Shown piece after piece: positions 34,172-44,588 of a stretch of 64,000 nucleotides of DNA (its first letter is position 1; each line of letters opens with the position of its first letter). A program made the translations under genes and the position numbers. The DNA comes from Paramoeba atlantica. Lineage: Eukaryota > Protista > Discosea. The stretch lies in contig CDRNVI010000026.1 of assembly GCA_977017575.1 (NCBI GenBank), positions 310,001 to 374,000 on the forward strand. The letters are read 5' to 3'. Below the pieces are notes generated by a model that saw only the letters and a list, made by a program, of their open reading frames with translations, was not told the DNA's origin and ran no database searches.

Positions 34172-36031
34172 ATGCCCCCTACCCGGTTCGACGAGCTACC
34201 CTTAACCGACGAAACCCTCCGCGGCCTTCACCGGGCCGGGTACGAGCACCTCACCCCCATCCAACGTGACAGTCTCCCCCACGCCCTGGAGGCCACCCAT
34301 GACATTGTGGCCTGTGCGAAGACCGGCAGCGGCAAAACGCTGTGTTTTCTTCTCCCCGTGCTGGAGACCCTGGCACGGGAGAGCTGGGTGAACGAGGACG
34401 GTCTCGCGGCGCTCATCCTCACCCCCACCCGGGAACTCGCGGTACAAATCACAGAGGTGCTGCACAAAGTCGGGAGGTATCATAAAACTTTCTCCTGTGG
34501 ACTCGTTACCGGTGGGGTGGGGCTGGAGGCCGAACGCGCCGCGCTTGGGGTGACCTCCATTGTGGTGGCGACCCCCGGTCGACTCCGACAGCACTTGGAT
34601 GAGAGTGTGGAGCTACGCACGGAGCATCTTAAGGTACTTGTACTGGATGAGGCGGACCGTTTACTGGATGCGGGATTCCGAAAGGAGATGGAGGCGATTT
34701 TTGAACACCTTCCCCAGCCTGTCGAACGAACCGAGAGCGCGTCCACAGAGGCTGGATTCGATCAGGACTCCCACACACGCCAGACACTGCTCTTCTCCGC
34801 TACGTTTGGGCTTGACGTTGTGATTCCCCCAATGCTAGGGTTACGTAGCCCCACCTACCTCAACGTAACGCACAACCCCGCCACACGCGCTACCCCCTCC
34901 CGGCTATGTGCAACCTTTATCGTTCTCCCCCTGGAGGAGAAACTTAGTTTTATCTATAGTTTTCTGCTTTCTCACCCCCGGCAAAAGGTCATGGTGTTTG
35001 CCTCGACGTGTCACCAGGTGAAATTTCTCTACCTTGTGCTTAGCCGGGCGTTAAAACAGCGCGGGGTCTCCTGTGCCTGTTTAACGGGTAAGATGAAACA
35101 AACCCAGCGCCAGGACGTCTTCCGGGTGTTCTGTCATAAACCCGGGATGGTTTTATTTTGTACCGACGTGGCGTGCCGAGGGCTGGACTTTCCAGCGGTC
35201 CATTGGGTGGTCCATTTGGATTGCCCGGACTCGGTACAAACGTATATTCATCGCGTAGGACGCACCGCTCGAGCAGGACACGCCGGAAGCAGCGTGCTGT
35301 ATCTCACTCCGAGCGAGACGGACATGTTGTATTATCTCCATGAAGGAAATAGTAAATTACGGGAGATTACGGTGCAAGGGAGTCGGTGGCATTCGGTCCA
35401 AGAGGAGGTGGTAGGCGCCGTGGCGTCTGGGTTGAAAAGAGAAGCACGGAAGGCGTTTGTGAGTTATTTGAGGCATCTAAGCTTCTCGGAGAACCCTACG
35501 GTGTTGAATGTCGGGGCCGTCGAAGTGGGGAGCTTTGCCCGCTCTCTTGGGCTGCACAGTGTTCCGAGGCTCACATCGTTGAGGTTAGGGGTGCGCACGA
35601 AGAAGAATTTGCCGTGGGTCGAGGTCAATGCGAGTTCGTCACGCGCCCCTTTTCTTACTTTAGAGACGGATTGGGGACATGAAAACTTTGCAGAGAAAGT
35701 GCAGGAAAGTGGTTTTTCATTGACTCACGAGGTTAACATGGGTGATCAAAGTCTCAGAGATAAAGAACAAGCAAAGAACACTCAAGAGGACACCGAGGAT
35801 ATTTTACAACCGATGGGGGCCGTTACGGCGGAGACTATAGAGGCTCATCGAAATGCGGAGTCAAGGAATGACAAACCGAGTCATCCTACGGCAAGAAAGC
35901 GTCCGCATTCGATGCAACTTTCCGATTTATCTAAGAAAGCACAAGCAAAGTTCAAAGGTGTCGATGGTGTGGACGTGAGCGTTGCCCAGTACGGCTTGGG
36001 AACCCACAAAACCTTTGATGAATCCGACTGA
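34172..36031 (+). CDS. DBP4: DEAD-box RNA helicase DBP4/DDX10
   Basis: AKTGSGKT, PTRELA, DEAD, SAT, HRVGRTAR; WVNEDGLAALILTPT and KAFVSYL...ARSLGL are typical of DBP4. Confidence 0.85.
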   Translation: MPPTRFDELPLTDETLRGLHRAGYEHLTPIQRDSLPHALEATHDIVACAKTGSGKTLCFLLPVLETLARESWVNEDGLAALILTPTRELAVQITEVLHKVGRYHKTFSCGLVTGGVGLEAERAALGVTSIVVATPGRLRQHLDESVELRTEHLKVLVLDEADRLLDAGFRKEMEAIFEHLPQPVERTESASTEAGFDQDSHTRQTLLFSATFGLDVVIPPMLGLRSPTYLNVTHNPATRATPSRLCATFIVLPLEEKLSFIYSFLLSHPRQKVMVFASTCHQVKFLYLVLSRALKQRGVSCACLTGKMKQTQRQDVFRVFCHKPGMVLFCTDVACRGLDFPAVHWVVHLDCPDSVQTYIHRVGRTARAGHAGSSVLYLTPSETDMLYYLHEGNSKLREITVQGSRWHSVQEEVVGAVASGLKREARKAFVSYLRHLSFSENPTVLNVGAVEVGSFARSLGLHSVPRLTSLRLGVRTKKNLPWVEVNASSSRAPFLTLETDWGHENFAEKVQESGFSLTHEVNMGDQSLRDKEQAKNTQEDTEDILQPMGAVTAETIEAHRNAESRNDKPSHPTARKRPHSMQLSDLSKKAQAKFKGVDGVDVSVAQYGLGTHKTFDESD

Positions 36032-36199
36032 ACCGCCCCATTTAGAAAACCAAGTATACGTACACCTTATTTCTTTCTCAATATTTTCTTATACGTTCGC
36101 TTTAGCATTTCTTCTCCATCGAGCGCACCATCCATCTCTCCTTTCTCACCATCCACCCCTCTTCTTCCCCTACCCCCTTTTTTCTCCCCCTTTCTTCCC

Positions 36200-37804
36200 A
36201 TGGACCCCCCACCCCCCCTCCCCCCTCTCACATGCAACACCCTGCGCTCCTCGACCTGGACCGATCTCACCCTCACTCTGTTTCAAAACCGTACCCTCCT
36301 GGACCCTTGCGCTTCCCCCGACCGCGCGGCCCGGACCACGCAAGAGATGTGGGGCCTCCTTAACGAGACCGCGCATCGATCCGGTCTCCCGGCCCCGCTC
36401 CAGGGCGCGCTTACCACATTCTTAAGCAGTGAGATCGGGCTCTTTGGCCCGGCCACAAAAGGACACGGGGAAGAGGATTTACGCACCGAGCTCCACAGCC
36501 TCCTTACGGAGCCCAAACCCTCTGAAACGGGGAAATCGACGTTGTTGTATGTCGCGTTGGTGCGCTGGTCCCTGGGTCGTCCCCATGCAAGGACTGTGCA
36601 TACATTGCAAGCCCCCCCGATTCGGTGGGAAGAGGACGAGTCTGCGGTCCAGGAGTTGTTAAACTTTTTAGAACAGCTCATGGGAGAGCTCGAAAATGTG
36701 GTCCAGAAAAATAAAAAGCTCATGGGTAGAGTGATGGCATCACAGAGTACCACGACGCTGTCACCCGAGGGGAAACGGGTGTTGGAGAGCGGGTGGCCAC
36801 TACCGTGTCGGAGTTGTCCGGATTCGATCTTTCCTCCGGGGGAGTGTCTGGGGAAAACCGTCTCGCTGGAGTGGGATGCGACAGGAAATCGGTTTGTCGC
36901 ATCGGAAAACCAAAGCGTGAAGCAGAAGGCGCGTTCTCCAGTAAAACGCAGACGATCGGAAATGAAGGATTCTAGAGAACAAAGCAAAGAGCGTAACAAG
37001 CCTACAAAGGAGTCTTCGGATTATAAAACGCTCGAAGGTACATGCTTAGAGCTCGATCCTACGCGATGGGTAGAGTCCGTGTTTGTGCTTGGACTGGTCG
37101 TGTTGGAAAAATCGTGGAAAATTACAGCGTCTCCCAATCCCTTGCGACTTTCATTGATGCTAATTCTCCGTGCTATTGGGAAGTTGTTCCAGCTGGTACA
37201 GGCCCCGTTATTTTACTTTCACATTATCATGCAGTACCCAAGTTGGTTTTCCGTAGACGCCAACGAGGGTCCCTCGTTGTTCCAGTCACAGAAAGAGGCC
37301 GAAGGGAACATTTTAGAACGGCTCGCGCAGATCGAAGGAAAATGTGCCGAACATGAAAACAAACAAACACACAGTGAGTCAGATGAGCGATCGAAACCTT
37401 CGGAAAGTTTAGAACATTTTTTCGCCACGAGCCCTAGCGGTACGGACACTGCTACCCGGCTCGCAAACACAGTGAGAGGACTTACGCAGCCGATAGAGGA
37501 TTCTAAGCAATGGCACGAGGAGCACGCAGGAGAGGAGGATACATTTAACATGTACGACCCCATCGCTTGGCCCACGCGGAGAGAATATGGGTACTACCAA
37601 GCGATGCGGACCTTACTGGAAGTTTCTACTTCCAATAATTGTGAAGTAACTACAATGAATGATGTATTTCAAACTACTGTTCTCTCGCGCGCTGTGAACA
37701 TAAAGGATGACCTTGCGTTACCTACTTCATTATCTTCATCGGAGCTATCTTCAATGGAGTCTCTGTTATGGGATTTGAGGGAAAAACTTCCCGCTGAATT
37801 GTAG
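36200..37804 (+). CDS. Hypothetical protein, 534 aa
   Basis: Long ORF on the coding strand preceded by a polypyrimidine tract; no recognised motif. Confidence 0.7.
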   Translation: MDPPPPLPPLTCNTLRSSTWTDLTLTLFQNRTLLDPCASPDRAARTTQEMWGLLNETAHRSGLPAPLQGALTTFLSSEIGLFGPATKGHGEEDLRTELHSLLTEPKPSETGKSTLLYVALVRWSLGRPHARTVHTLQAPPIRWEEDESAVQELLNFLEQLMGELENVVQKNKKLMGRVMASQSTTTLSPEGKRVLESGWPLPCRSCPDSIFPPGECLGKTVSLEWDATGNRFVASENQSVKQKARSPVKRRRSEMKDSREQSKERNKPTKESSDYKTLEGTCLELDPTRWVESVFVLGLVVLEKSWKITASPNPLRLSLMLILRAIGKLFQLVQAPLFYFHIIMQYPSWFSVDANEGPSLFQSQKEAEGNILERLAQIEGKCAEHENKQTHSESDERSKPSESLEHFFATSPSGTDTATRLANTVRGLTQPIEDSKQWHEEHAGEEDTFNMYDPIAWPTRREYGYYQAMRTLLEVSTSNNCEVTTMNDVFQTTVLSRAVNIKDDLALPTSLSSSELSSMESLLWDLREKLPAEL

Positions 37805-37957
37805 ACCAGAATCTGGACCCGTTCATTTATCTATCAACGCAACGTACTCATATTGTGCATTGTTGGCTTATTATAAGGTACTTCCTAAGTAGCGCCATAA
37901 ATGTAGACGCCGTCTTTCATATTTTGATAGAATTTAAATATAAATCACGCACAAATT

Positions 37958-38830
37958 ATGGACTTCTATCCTGGCCGATATTACACTCGCTTTCGCATTC
38001 CCAATCTGAAGGGTATCACAGGACATAATCTTTCAGTACTTCTACATAGCAACGGATTAGCTCTACTTTGCATTGATCCGACACACGTACTATTTACCGA
38101 TCTAGACATTCAACCTCCGCAGACTACTCTAGGGGACCACACGGTACTCCCCAAGGAACGAAAAAACTCATGCAATATTGTTTTTGAAGATGTTTGGAGA
38201 TCCTATGTCTCCTCGTGTGATATGCCTGCATCCATTGAGCACGATGAAGAGAAGCCAAGGCTTACAAAAAAGAAACGAGCCCATTTCTCTCTTTGTCATG
38301 TAGGCACTAAACTGGGCGCGCTGCGCGTCCGGAAAATGGATACATTTGTCGGAACTCATGAGGCAAATGCTTTTGCAACTGAAACCTGTCAAGATAATGA
38401 AAGTTTATTCAAAGACGTGAAGAATGAAACACAACGATCGGCAAACGTTGACTCATGTATATCGCACTCTGTTGAAAGGACTGAGTACCCTTTAGTAGCA
38501 GGAATGACATGCCACTTAATGGAGCTAAACAGAAATTTGCTGGAAAACCCATCATGGATAATAACTCATCCCTTTACGAAGGGGTATCTGGCAATTCTGA
38601 ATCCAACATTTAAAGTTTCTCAGCAGCTCTCGCACATGGTAGAGCACTGGTGCACTGAAGCAGATGCGCGGCGTTCCGAAATCGGAGAAATACGTGAAGA
38701 AATATTTCAAGATGCATACCATAGCAAAGGAGAACGTATCGCACGGAAGGGAGTCTCTTTTCCAGAGCTTGAGAAGTGGCAACTTACAGCCAAACGGATT
38801 GCCCCGGAAATGCGTTACTTTGAATCTTGA
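37958..38830 (+). CDS. ABITRAM: Abitram/FAM206A (Simiate) homolog
   Basis: RYYTRF...VLLHSNGLALLCI...HLMELNRNLLENPSWI...GYLAIL matches the family pattern. Confidence 0.75.
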   Translation: MDFYPGRYYTRFRIPNLKGITGHNLSVLLHSNGLALLCIDPTHVLFTDLDIQPPQTTLGDHTVLPKERKNSCNIVFEDVWRSYVSSCDMPASIEHDEEKPRLTKKKRAHFSLCHVGTKLGALRVRKMDTFVGTHEANAFATETCQDNESLFKDVKNETQRSANVDSCISHSVERTEYPLVAGMTCHLMELNRNLLENPSWIITHPFTKGYLAILNPTFKVSQQLSHMVEHWCTEADARRSEIGEIREEIFQDAYHSKGERIARKGVSFPELEKWQLTAKRIAPEMRYFES

Positions 38831-38927
38831 AACAGGAATACAACTGCATATTTTAGCTCTATGGAAACAAAAAAAAATTAGCGTGAATTGGGTGATGGTG
38901 GCCTATCATATTTAACGACCTACATAA

Positions 38928-39674
38928 ATGGGTAAATCACTAGTAATAATTATGCGTCCTTTAAAAAAATCAACGTTCATTATTTACGTTAATATAGCAA
39001 TGATTTCACCTTGCATACATTTCAGTGTTGTTCGAACTGCCGACTCGTCATATCGACCGAGCAAAGTTCATGGCGCCGTTTTCCCCCAAGAATATACTTT
39101 ATTACAATTCTTGGGAAAAATTGATTTGAGTGAAGCATCTTGGAGCACTCAGACCCCAGCATGTGAATGGAAATACGTCATATGCAATGAAGAAAGGGAG
39201 GTGACTCATATACATTGGGATTACCTCCCTACCAACTTGTGCTTTTCCAGAGTGTGTCTTACGAATGTTCTTCAAGGCGAGCTTCTCTGGCAGTACTTAC
39301 CCCACACTTTGATACATTTTTCAGCTCAATGTCACGGTATCACTGGACCAATAGATTTTTCTGTGTTACCTTCAAAGCTAGTAAATTTTTATATCGGCTC
39401 TAACAAGTGTGATGGGTCGCTAGATCTTTCTCACTTGCCATCTAGTCTTAACGTATTATTTCTAAGTCATAACAAATTTACTGGTGAGATCGATCTGACG
39501 TGTCTACCTGGGTCGATTTCTGAGGTACACGTGAGAGACAATAGGCTATACGGGGCGTTAAATTTCAGCAAACTTCCAAGGAGCCTACGGGGACTGGACC
39601 TTTCAAATAATTGTTTTGTAGTACCTGAGCATGTGCCAGATGTCGTTATTATTGGACTGCAGAACACATTGTGA
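38928..39674 (+). CDS. LRR family protein
   Basis: ADSSYRPSKVHGAVFPQEYTL...SW...PACEWKYVIC cap; repeats such as LFLSHNKFTGEIDLTCLP. Confidence 0.85.
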   Translation: MGKSLVIIMRPLKKSTFIIYVNIAMISPCIHFSVVRTADSSYRPSKVHGAVFPQEYTLLQFLGKIDLSEASWSTQTPACEWKYVICNEEREVTHIHWDYLPTNLCFSRVCLTNVLQGELLWQYLPHTLIHFSAQCHGITGPIDFSVLPSKLVNFYIGSNKCDGSLDLSHLPSSLNVLFLSHNKFTGEIDLTCLPGSISEVHVRDNRLYGALNFSKLPRSLRGLDLSNNCFVVPEHVPDVVIIGLQNTL

Positions 39675-39852
39675 ATCAAATTACTGTATCCCCTACTTAA
39701 GTGTCACCGGTCTACCCCCCCTCTTTAATTGTACTTTTTGACGGGTCCCTGGGTACATCCAGGAAACGTACCAAAATAGGGGCCGGGGTCAATGGGTTCG
39801 GGGGATGAAACGAAAGAACGATTCATACAGTTATACTGTAGAGATTAAGTCA

Positions 39853-42770
39853 AATAGCCTGGGATCACACAATATACACCCATGGACAGAAGTGTGCCCC
39901 CGGCCTGGAAAATGCCATTTGTTTTATCCGTTTTTGCTCATTTTTGCAGCATTCGAGAGATCTCGTTCCCCTAGCGAAGAGCTTTGCCGCCTTTTTTTCA
40001 TAGGGGACCCCCTGGTGCTCTGGTGGTGACCCCAAAGTAGGCCAAAAACAAAAAATGGTACATTAGACATCCAGAAAAAAAAATCACCCTTTCAATGATA
40101 AAATGAGAAAAAGGGAAGAAGTATCAATATCCGCAGTGCTCCCCATTGGTCTGAATAACTATTTGCATACGTTTGGGAACAGAATTGATGGAATTCAACA
40201 CTTTCAAGGGCTTTATGCCGTTCGGTGAGGTCACAGTTCCGTACCTTGGCCATCCTCGTGTACCCTGAGTTATGTAATACACGAAAGACTTTCTTAATGG
40301 AACAATTGTACCCTTTCCTTTTTAATTGATCATGAACCAAGTTGTACGTCAAGCAACCCTCTTCCTTTGTATTTTCCTTATTAACTATTGATTTCACCTT
40401 TGATACAAATCTTTTTGAAGGCTTTGGCCTACCTGATTTCAGTGGAGATGACAATTCATTACCTTGTTTTGAGAGATTAATAAATTTTCTAATTGTACGG
40501 CGGTCACGACCAAAGTTTTTATGAAGTTGGGTGACGCTGACGCCAGATTTATGCTGTTTAACTATCTCTGTTCTCTCCGAAATGGACAAAGCGGTGTTTC
40601 GTTTGTGATTTATACGAGGCGGGGTCCTCATGAAGAAAAAACAGGGAGAAAAAAGGATGATATACTAGAAAAATTGACTGTGTTCCGAAAAAATGGGTAA
40701 AAAAAACCATGTTTTTTGGACCCAGGGGGTACCAGGGGGTCCCTATGAAAAAAAGGCGGCAAAGCTCTTCGCTAGGGGAACGAGGTCTCTCGAATGCTGC
40801 AAAAATGAGCAAAAACGGATAAAAAAATTGACATTTGCCAGGCCGGGGGCACACATCTGTCCATGGGTGTATGATCCCGTACACGCATACGACGTGTTTG
40901 GCTATTCCTGTTTACTCATCCGAAATGCAAACATCCATGGGGTTCAAGTTTGCGCGGTCCCGATTTTGGTATATAGTGAAACTCCCCCTAAATGCTCTCG
41001 TCACCAAGTGTTGGCGACACTCCTTCGCAAGCTTTGTTTCCTCGCAGAAGAGCATGTCTAATTTACTCGCCGAGTCTTGGAGACTTCCGCGAGCCCCAAA
41101 CTCTAGGGCGAATAGGTATGTTTCGGGATGATTTTCTTTTCGCGTATGCCGCAGGTGGTGGTATTTCAGTATTTTCCGCTCGTGCGCGGCCTGCATATTC
41201 TCCTCCCATGGGCAAGTTAGTTCAATAATGAACTCTTTCCCGTCCCTTAGCTTTACCCACCCGTCCGGACGCAGCATACCATCATTGTCGGCTAGCCACG
41301 TTGGAGGGCGTCGCATGCCAGGTAGGTCGAAATGAGAGAGAGCTTTATGGGGGGACTCGCTTACATGGTAAGCTAGGGCCCGTAAGATGAAGTCGTGTCT
41401 GAAAGTGTAACGCCCTTGATCTAGAGCAACTCGGCATCCCGCGAGAATGTGCCTTGGGGTTTGTACCTCTGTCTTGCATAGCGGGTATTTGGTGTCTGTG
41501 TGGGTTGATATGCCCCAGTGGTGAATTGCGGCCCTGGTAGGTAGCGGGGCCTGTGTGAGGACAGGAGACAAATCGCGTCAGGTGCGTCGACCTGATGTTA
41601 CACAGGTCGGCTGCCGGGCGCACATGCCCGCGTGAACGCTGCCTTTTCTCGTTCTCAATTTTAATTCGCAACGCGTGCCGCACCGCCGGATCCCGAGAAG
41701 CATTCATTTGATTTAGGTTTTGGGCTGTGCAGTGTAGCCACAATTTGGACAGGCTCATGAGGGCCCAACCACGTTCAGAGTAAAGGAGCTCACTCGTTGA
41801 GGCTTTAGCGATATTTAGCCACTTTCGGATGTGCCGGGTTGCTAGTTTCTGCAGTCGAAGCATATGAGTAAAAGAAAGTCCGGGGTTGACTGTTAGTACA
41901 TAGCGCAAGCGAGCAATGATGGCGTGATTGTATATCCAAAGCTTAGCGGATGGGTCGTGAGCGCTCTCAGAGATTCTGCTCAACCAACCTGATAGTTTCT
42001 CCTTAACTTTGAAAGGTAATTTTGCCTTGTTGTGCGCCGGGTGCCAGTGTCATGCCCAAAAACATACTCCCTTTATCGCATATGTGAGGAATAGGCGTGC
42101 CTTTGGCCATAATCTGCGGGCGTCTGGTCATATATCCACTGCCTGTTGCCACGGACATGTGCTGAACTCTGCATTTCCCAATGTTCAGTGTCAGCCCCAA
42201 TCTCGAAAGTGCTGTTGTTAGGGCGTGGACTGCCTGTTGCATTTCCTGAGGTGTGTTTGTAAGGGATGTAATGTCGTCCGCGTACGCTTTCTGAAAGACT
42301 GTCCCGTCATCCCATTTCACTCCGTATCGAGGGCAACTGGCCCGTACGTAGCTTAGTGCAAACTCGATGCATGGGTTGAAAAGAGTAGGAGAAAGAGTGT
42401 CGCCTTGAAGGACTCCTCGGCCTACCGGTATTGGTTTGCTTAGTCCTTCTGAACAACTTACTTGAAGGCTGGAATTGTCATACAAGGATGCATCATACGA
42501 CCTAATTACTGTTGGGGCTCGAATCCAATTCAGGGAGTCATGAATAACATCGTGTGGAAGAGATCCGAAGGCGTTCTTCAAATCAAAGTGCAAGACAGTA
42601 CTGATTTTTGTTGCGTCGCTGCTGGGTAAGAATTTCACATAGCGTTTGTGTGTGTTCAATGGTTCCATTCATACGTGGGAGAAAGCCCTTTTGCACTGAT
42701 GTGTTTATGTACCCTGTGGACGTGGCATGCGCGAGAATACGATGGCTTATTATTGAGTGCAGGATCTGTT
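39853..42770 (-). mobile_element. HERO/R4-like RLE non-LTR retrotransposon, 5'-truncated and frameshifted
   Basis: QKGF..EH; FDLKNAFGSLPH; GVLQGDTLSP; AYADDI; knuckle region TPRHILAGC...QGRYTFRHDFIL; RLE RPDG...IIELTCPWE...KILKY. Confidence 0.85.
39877..40869 (-). mobile_element. Tc1-like internal-deletion derivative (HTH only, ~150-bp TIRs) inserted in the retroelement 3' UTR
   Basis: TA|CACCCATGGACAG...CTGTCCATGGGTG|TA; ORF 40092-40631 with LSISERTEIV...GRDRRTIRKF...KSGRPK. Confidence 0.88.
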
Positions 42771-43030
42771 CTACTGGCACTCCAGGAAGAACTTGTTAGT
42801 TTGATGATTCGAAGATGCCAGAGCAACATTTGAGTAATCTAAAGTAAATTACATCGCTTCGCTACATCGAATTGTCTCGATACATAATAATGCATATAAA
42901 GAATATATCTGAGCATATAAAGAATGTATCTGTTCTACTGGCACCCCGAGAAGAACTTGTCAGTTCTTTGATTCGAAGATGTTAGAGCAACATTCGAGTA
43001 ATGTAGAGTAAATTACATCGCTTTTGGAAT
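42767..43030 (+). pseudogene. Two tandem degenerate copies of the LRR gene N-terminal segment
   Basis: TCTACTGGCAC...GAAGAACT (LLAxQEEL) at about 42770 and 42933, and again in the intact gene at about 43170. Confidence 0.7.
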
Positions 43031-43088
43031 TATCTCAGCACATAATAATGCACGTAAGGAACTTAGCGCATAAAGAATTTTAGAACGA

Positions 43089-43907
43089 ATGTTTTACAGC
43101 GCTCTTCCCAGCCTGATTTACACGGCGGACACACAACCCTCATCCAATCGTCGGGGCAAAGTATCCACTCTACTGGCACCCCAAGAAGAACTCATGTCAG
43201 TACTAATAAGTAACCTCACGCATCATCCTTCCTCGTGGGTACGTCAAAAACGTAGTTTCTTCGGTCAACTTCGCGAAGTTTCGCCCTGTACATGGAAAGG
43301 TGTCCTTTGTGACTCGCGCGCAAACGTGTTGGACATTCGTTGGTTTGGAAATCCGAATCAGAAGAACTTTTTGCGGGGAAGCTTAATCTGGAATTATTTA
43401 CCCCCCACGTTGCAAAGATGCTACGTAAGAAATCACGGGCAACACCTCAAAGGTACTCTCCCGCTTGATCAACTCCCTCAAGCTTTGACTCACCTTGATG
43501 TGGGTCTCAACCGACTAAGTGGATCGCTTGTGCTGAATGCTCTTCCAGAAAAACTCTTCCTTCTAAATGCGGAAGCCAACCATTTTCATGGTACGCTATG
43601 TTTATTGAATCTCCCGCCTTTGTTAGCAGAACTCACTTTGAATAATAACATGTTTAAAGGTCCTTTAAATCTTAGCAGTATACCGCTCACTCTTACGTCT
43701 TTAAATTTGAACGGCAACCTCCTCAATGGTATTGTTGATCTCTCACCTGTTCTAGGTGAATCGCGGAAGGGCGCCCCTCCGCTGCTTCTCCAGCTTTACG
43801 GAAATGAGTTTGAATCCTATTTGCTGCCTCCTTCTATTGCTCAATTGCCAGATAACGTCCAGTACGACGAGCCTATGGCGCTCGCGGACATGTACATGAT
43901 GGGATAA
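43089..43907 (+). CDS. LRR family protein
   Basis: HPSSW...PCTWKGVLC cap; repeats such as LDVGLNRLSGSLVLNALP. Confidence 0.85.
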   Translation: MFYSALPSLIYTADTQPSSNRRGKVSTLLAPQEELMSVLISNLTHHPSSWVRQKRSFFGQLREVSPCTWKGVLCDSRANVLDIRWFGNPNQKNFLRGSLIWNYLPPTLQRCYVRNHGQHLKGTLPLDQLPQALTHLDVGLNRLSGSLVLNALPEKLFLLNAEANHFHGTLCLLNLPPLLAELTLNNNMFKGPLNLSSIPLTLTSLNLNGNLLNGIVDLSPVLGESRKGAPPLLLQLYGNEFESYLLPPSIAQLPDNVQYDEPMALADMYMMG

Positions 43908-44014
43908 CGTGAAATAGCGCCTGCAAGGCCTTTACACTTAACTGCAAGGCCTTTACGGTAAAGTGCTCTACAGAAGGGCTAGCGTGCAACTGTATAATAT
44001 GTATAATATCTGTA

Positions 44015-44447
44015 TATTGCGGTGGTTGTATAACTACCGCTCTAACCTCGAATATTGCAAAAAAAAGTGAACAAAAACATTGAAAATATAAAGAGAAACA
44101 CAGTAATATAATAGAGTTATATTAGAAGAAAAAAATATAAAATGGGGCTCCGGTGGTCCAAAATTGAAAAAGCTCCCATTCTACGACGTTTTTTTCGACA
44201 AATTCGCTTCCTGTCCCTACTGGTAAGGCACCAAAATTCGGGTTAACATTTCGCAATTTTCGCCGAAAAATCGAGCTTTTTCCCCCAGAAAAATAGATTA
44301 TTCATGATCTTTTGGCGATTTTTCTTTTTTAGGCTCTTCGTTAAAAGCGGTAATAGTTTTCAACGCGAAGCGCGCAGCATGAGTGACTTCTAAGTTGAAA
44401 ACAACCACCGCGTTTAACGAAGAGTCTAAAAAAATTAATAATCGCTA
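44015..44447 (+). repeat. Dispersed repeat 'H', copy 2: internal deletion, hairpin in the opposite orientation
   Basis: Matches about 7172-7320 and 7600-7897; loop 44365-44393 is the exact reverse complement of loop 7813-7841. Confidence 0.8.
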
Positions 44448-44588
44448 ATAATGTTTTAATACTTAGGTAGCAATAAGTAAGAATTATTATTAAAGACTGA
44501 AATTACTAATAATATATATAGCCCTACCCCATAAATTTAATTTGCACAAACTAATACTAACCTTCCTTTCTTCCTTCCTCCCTCTTTT

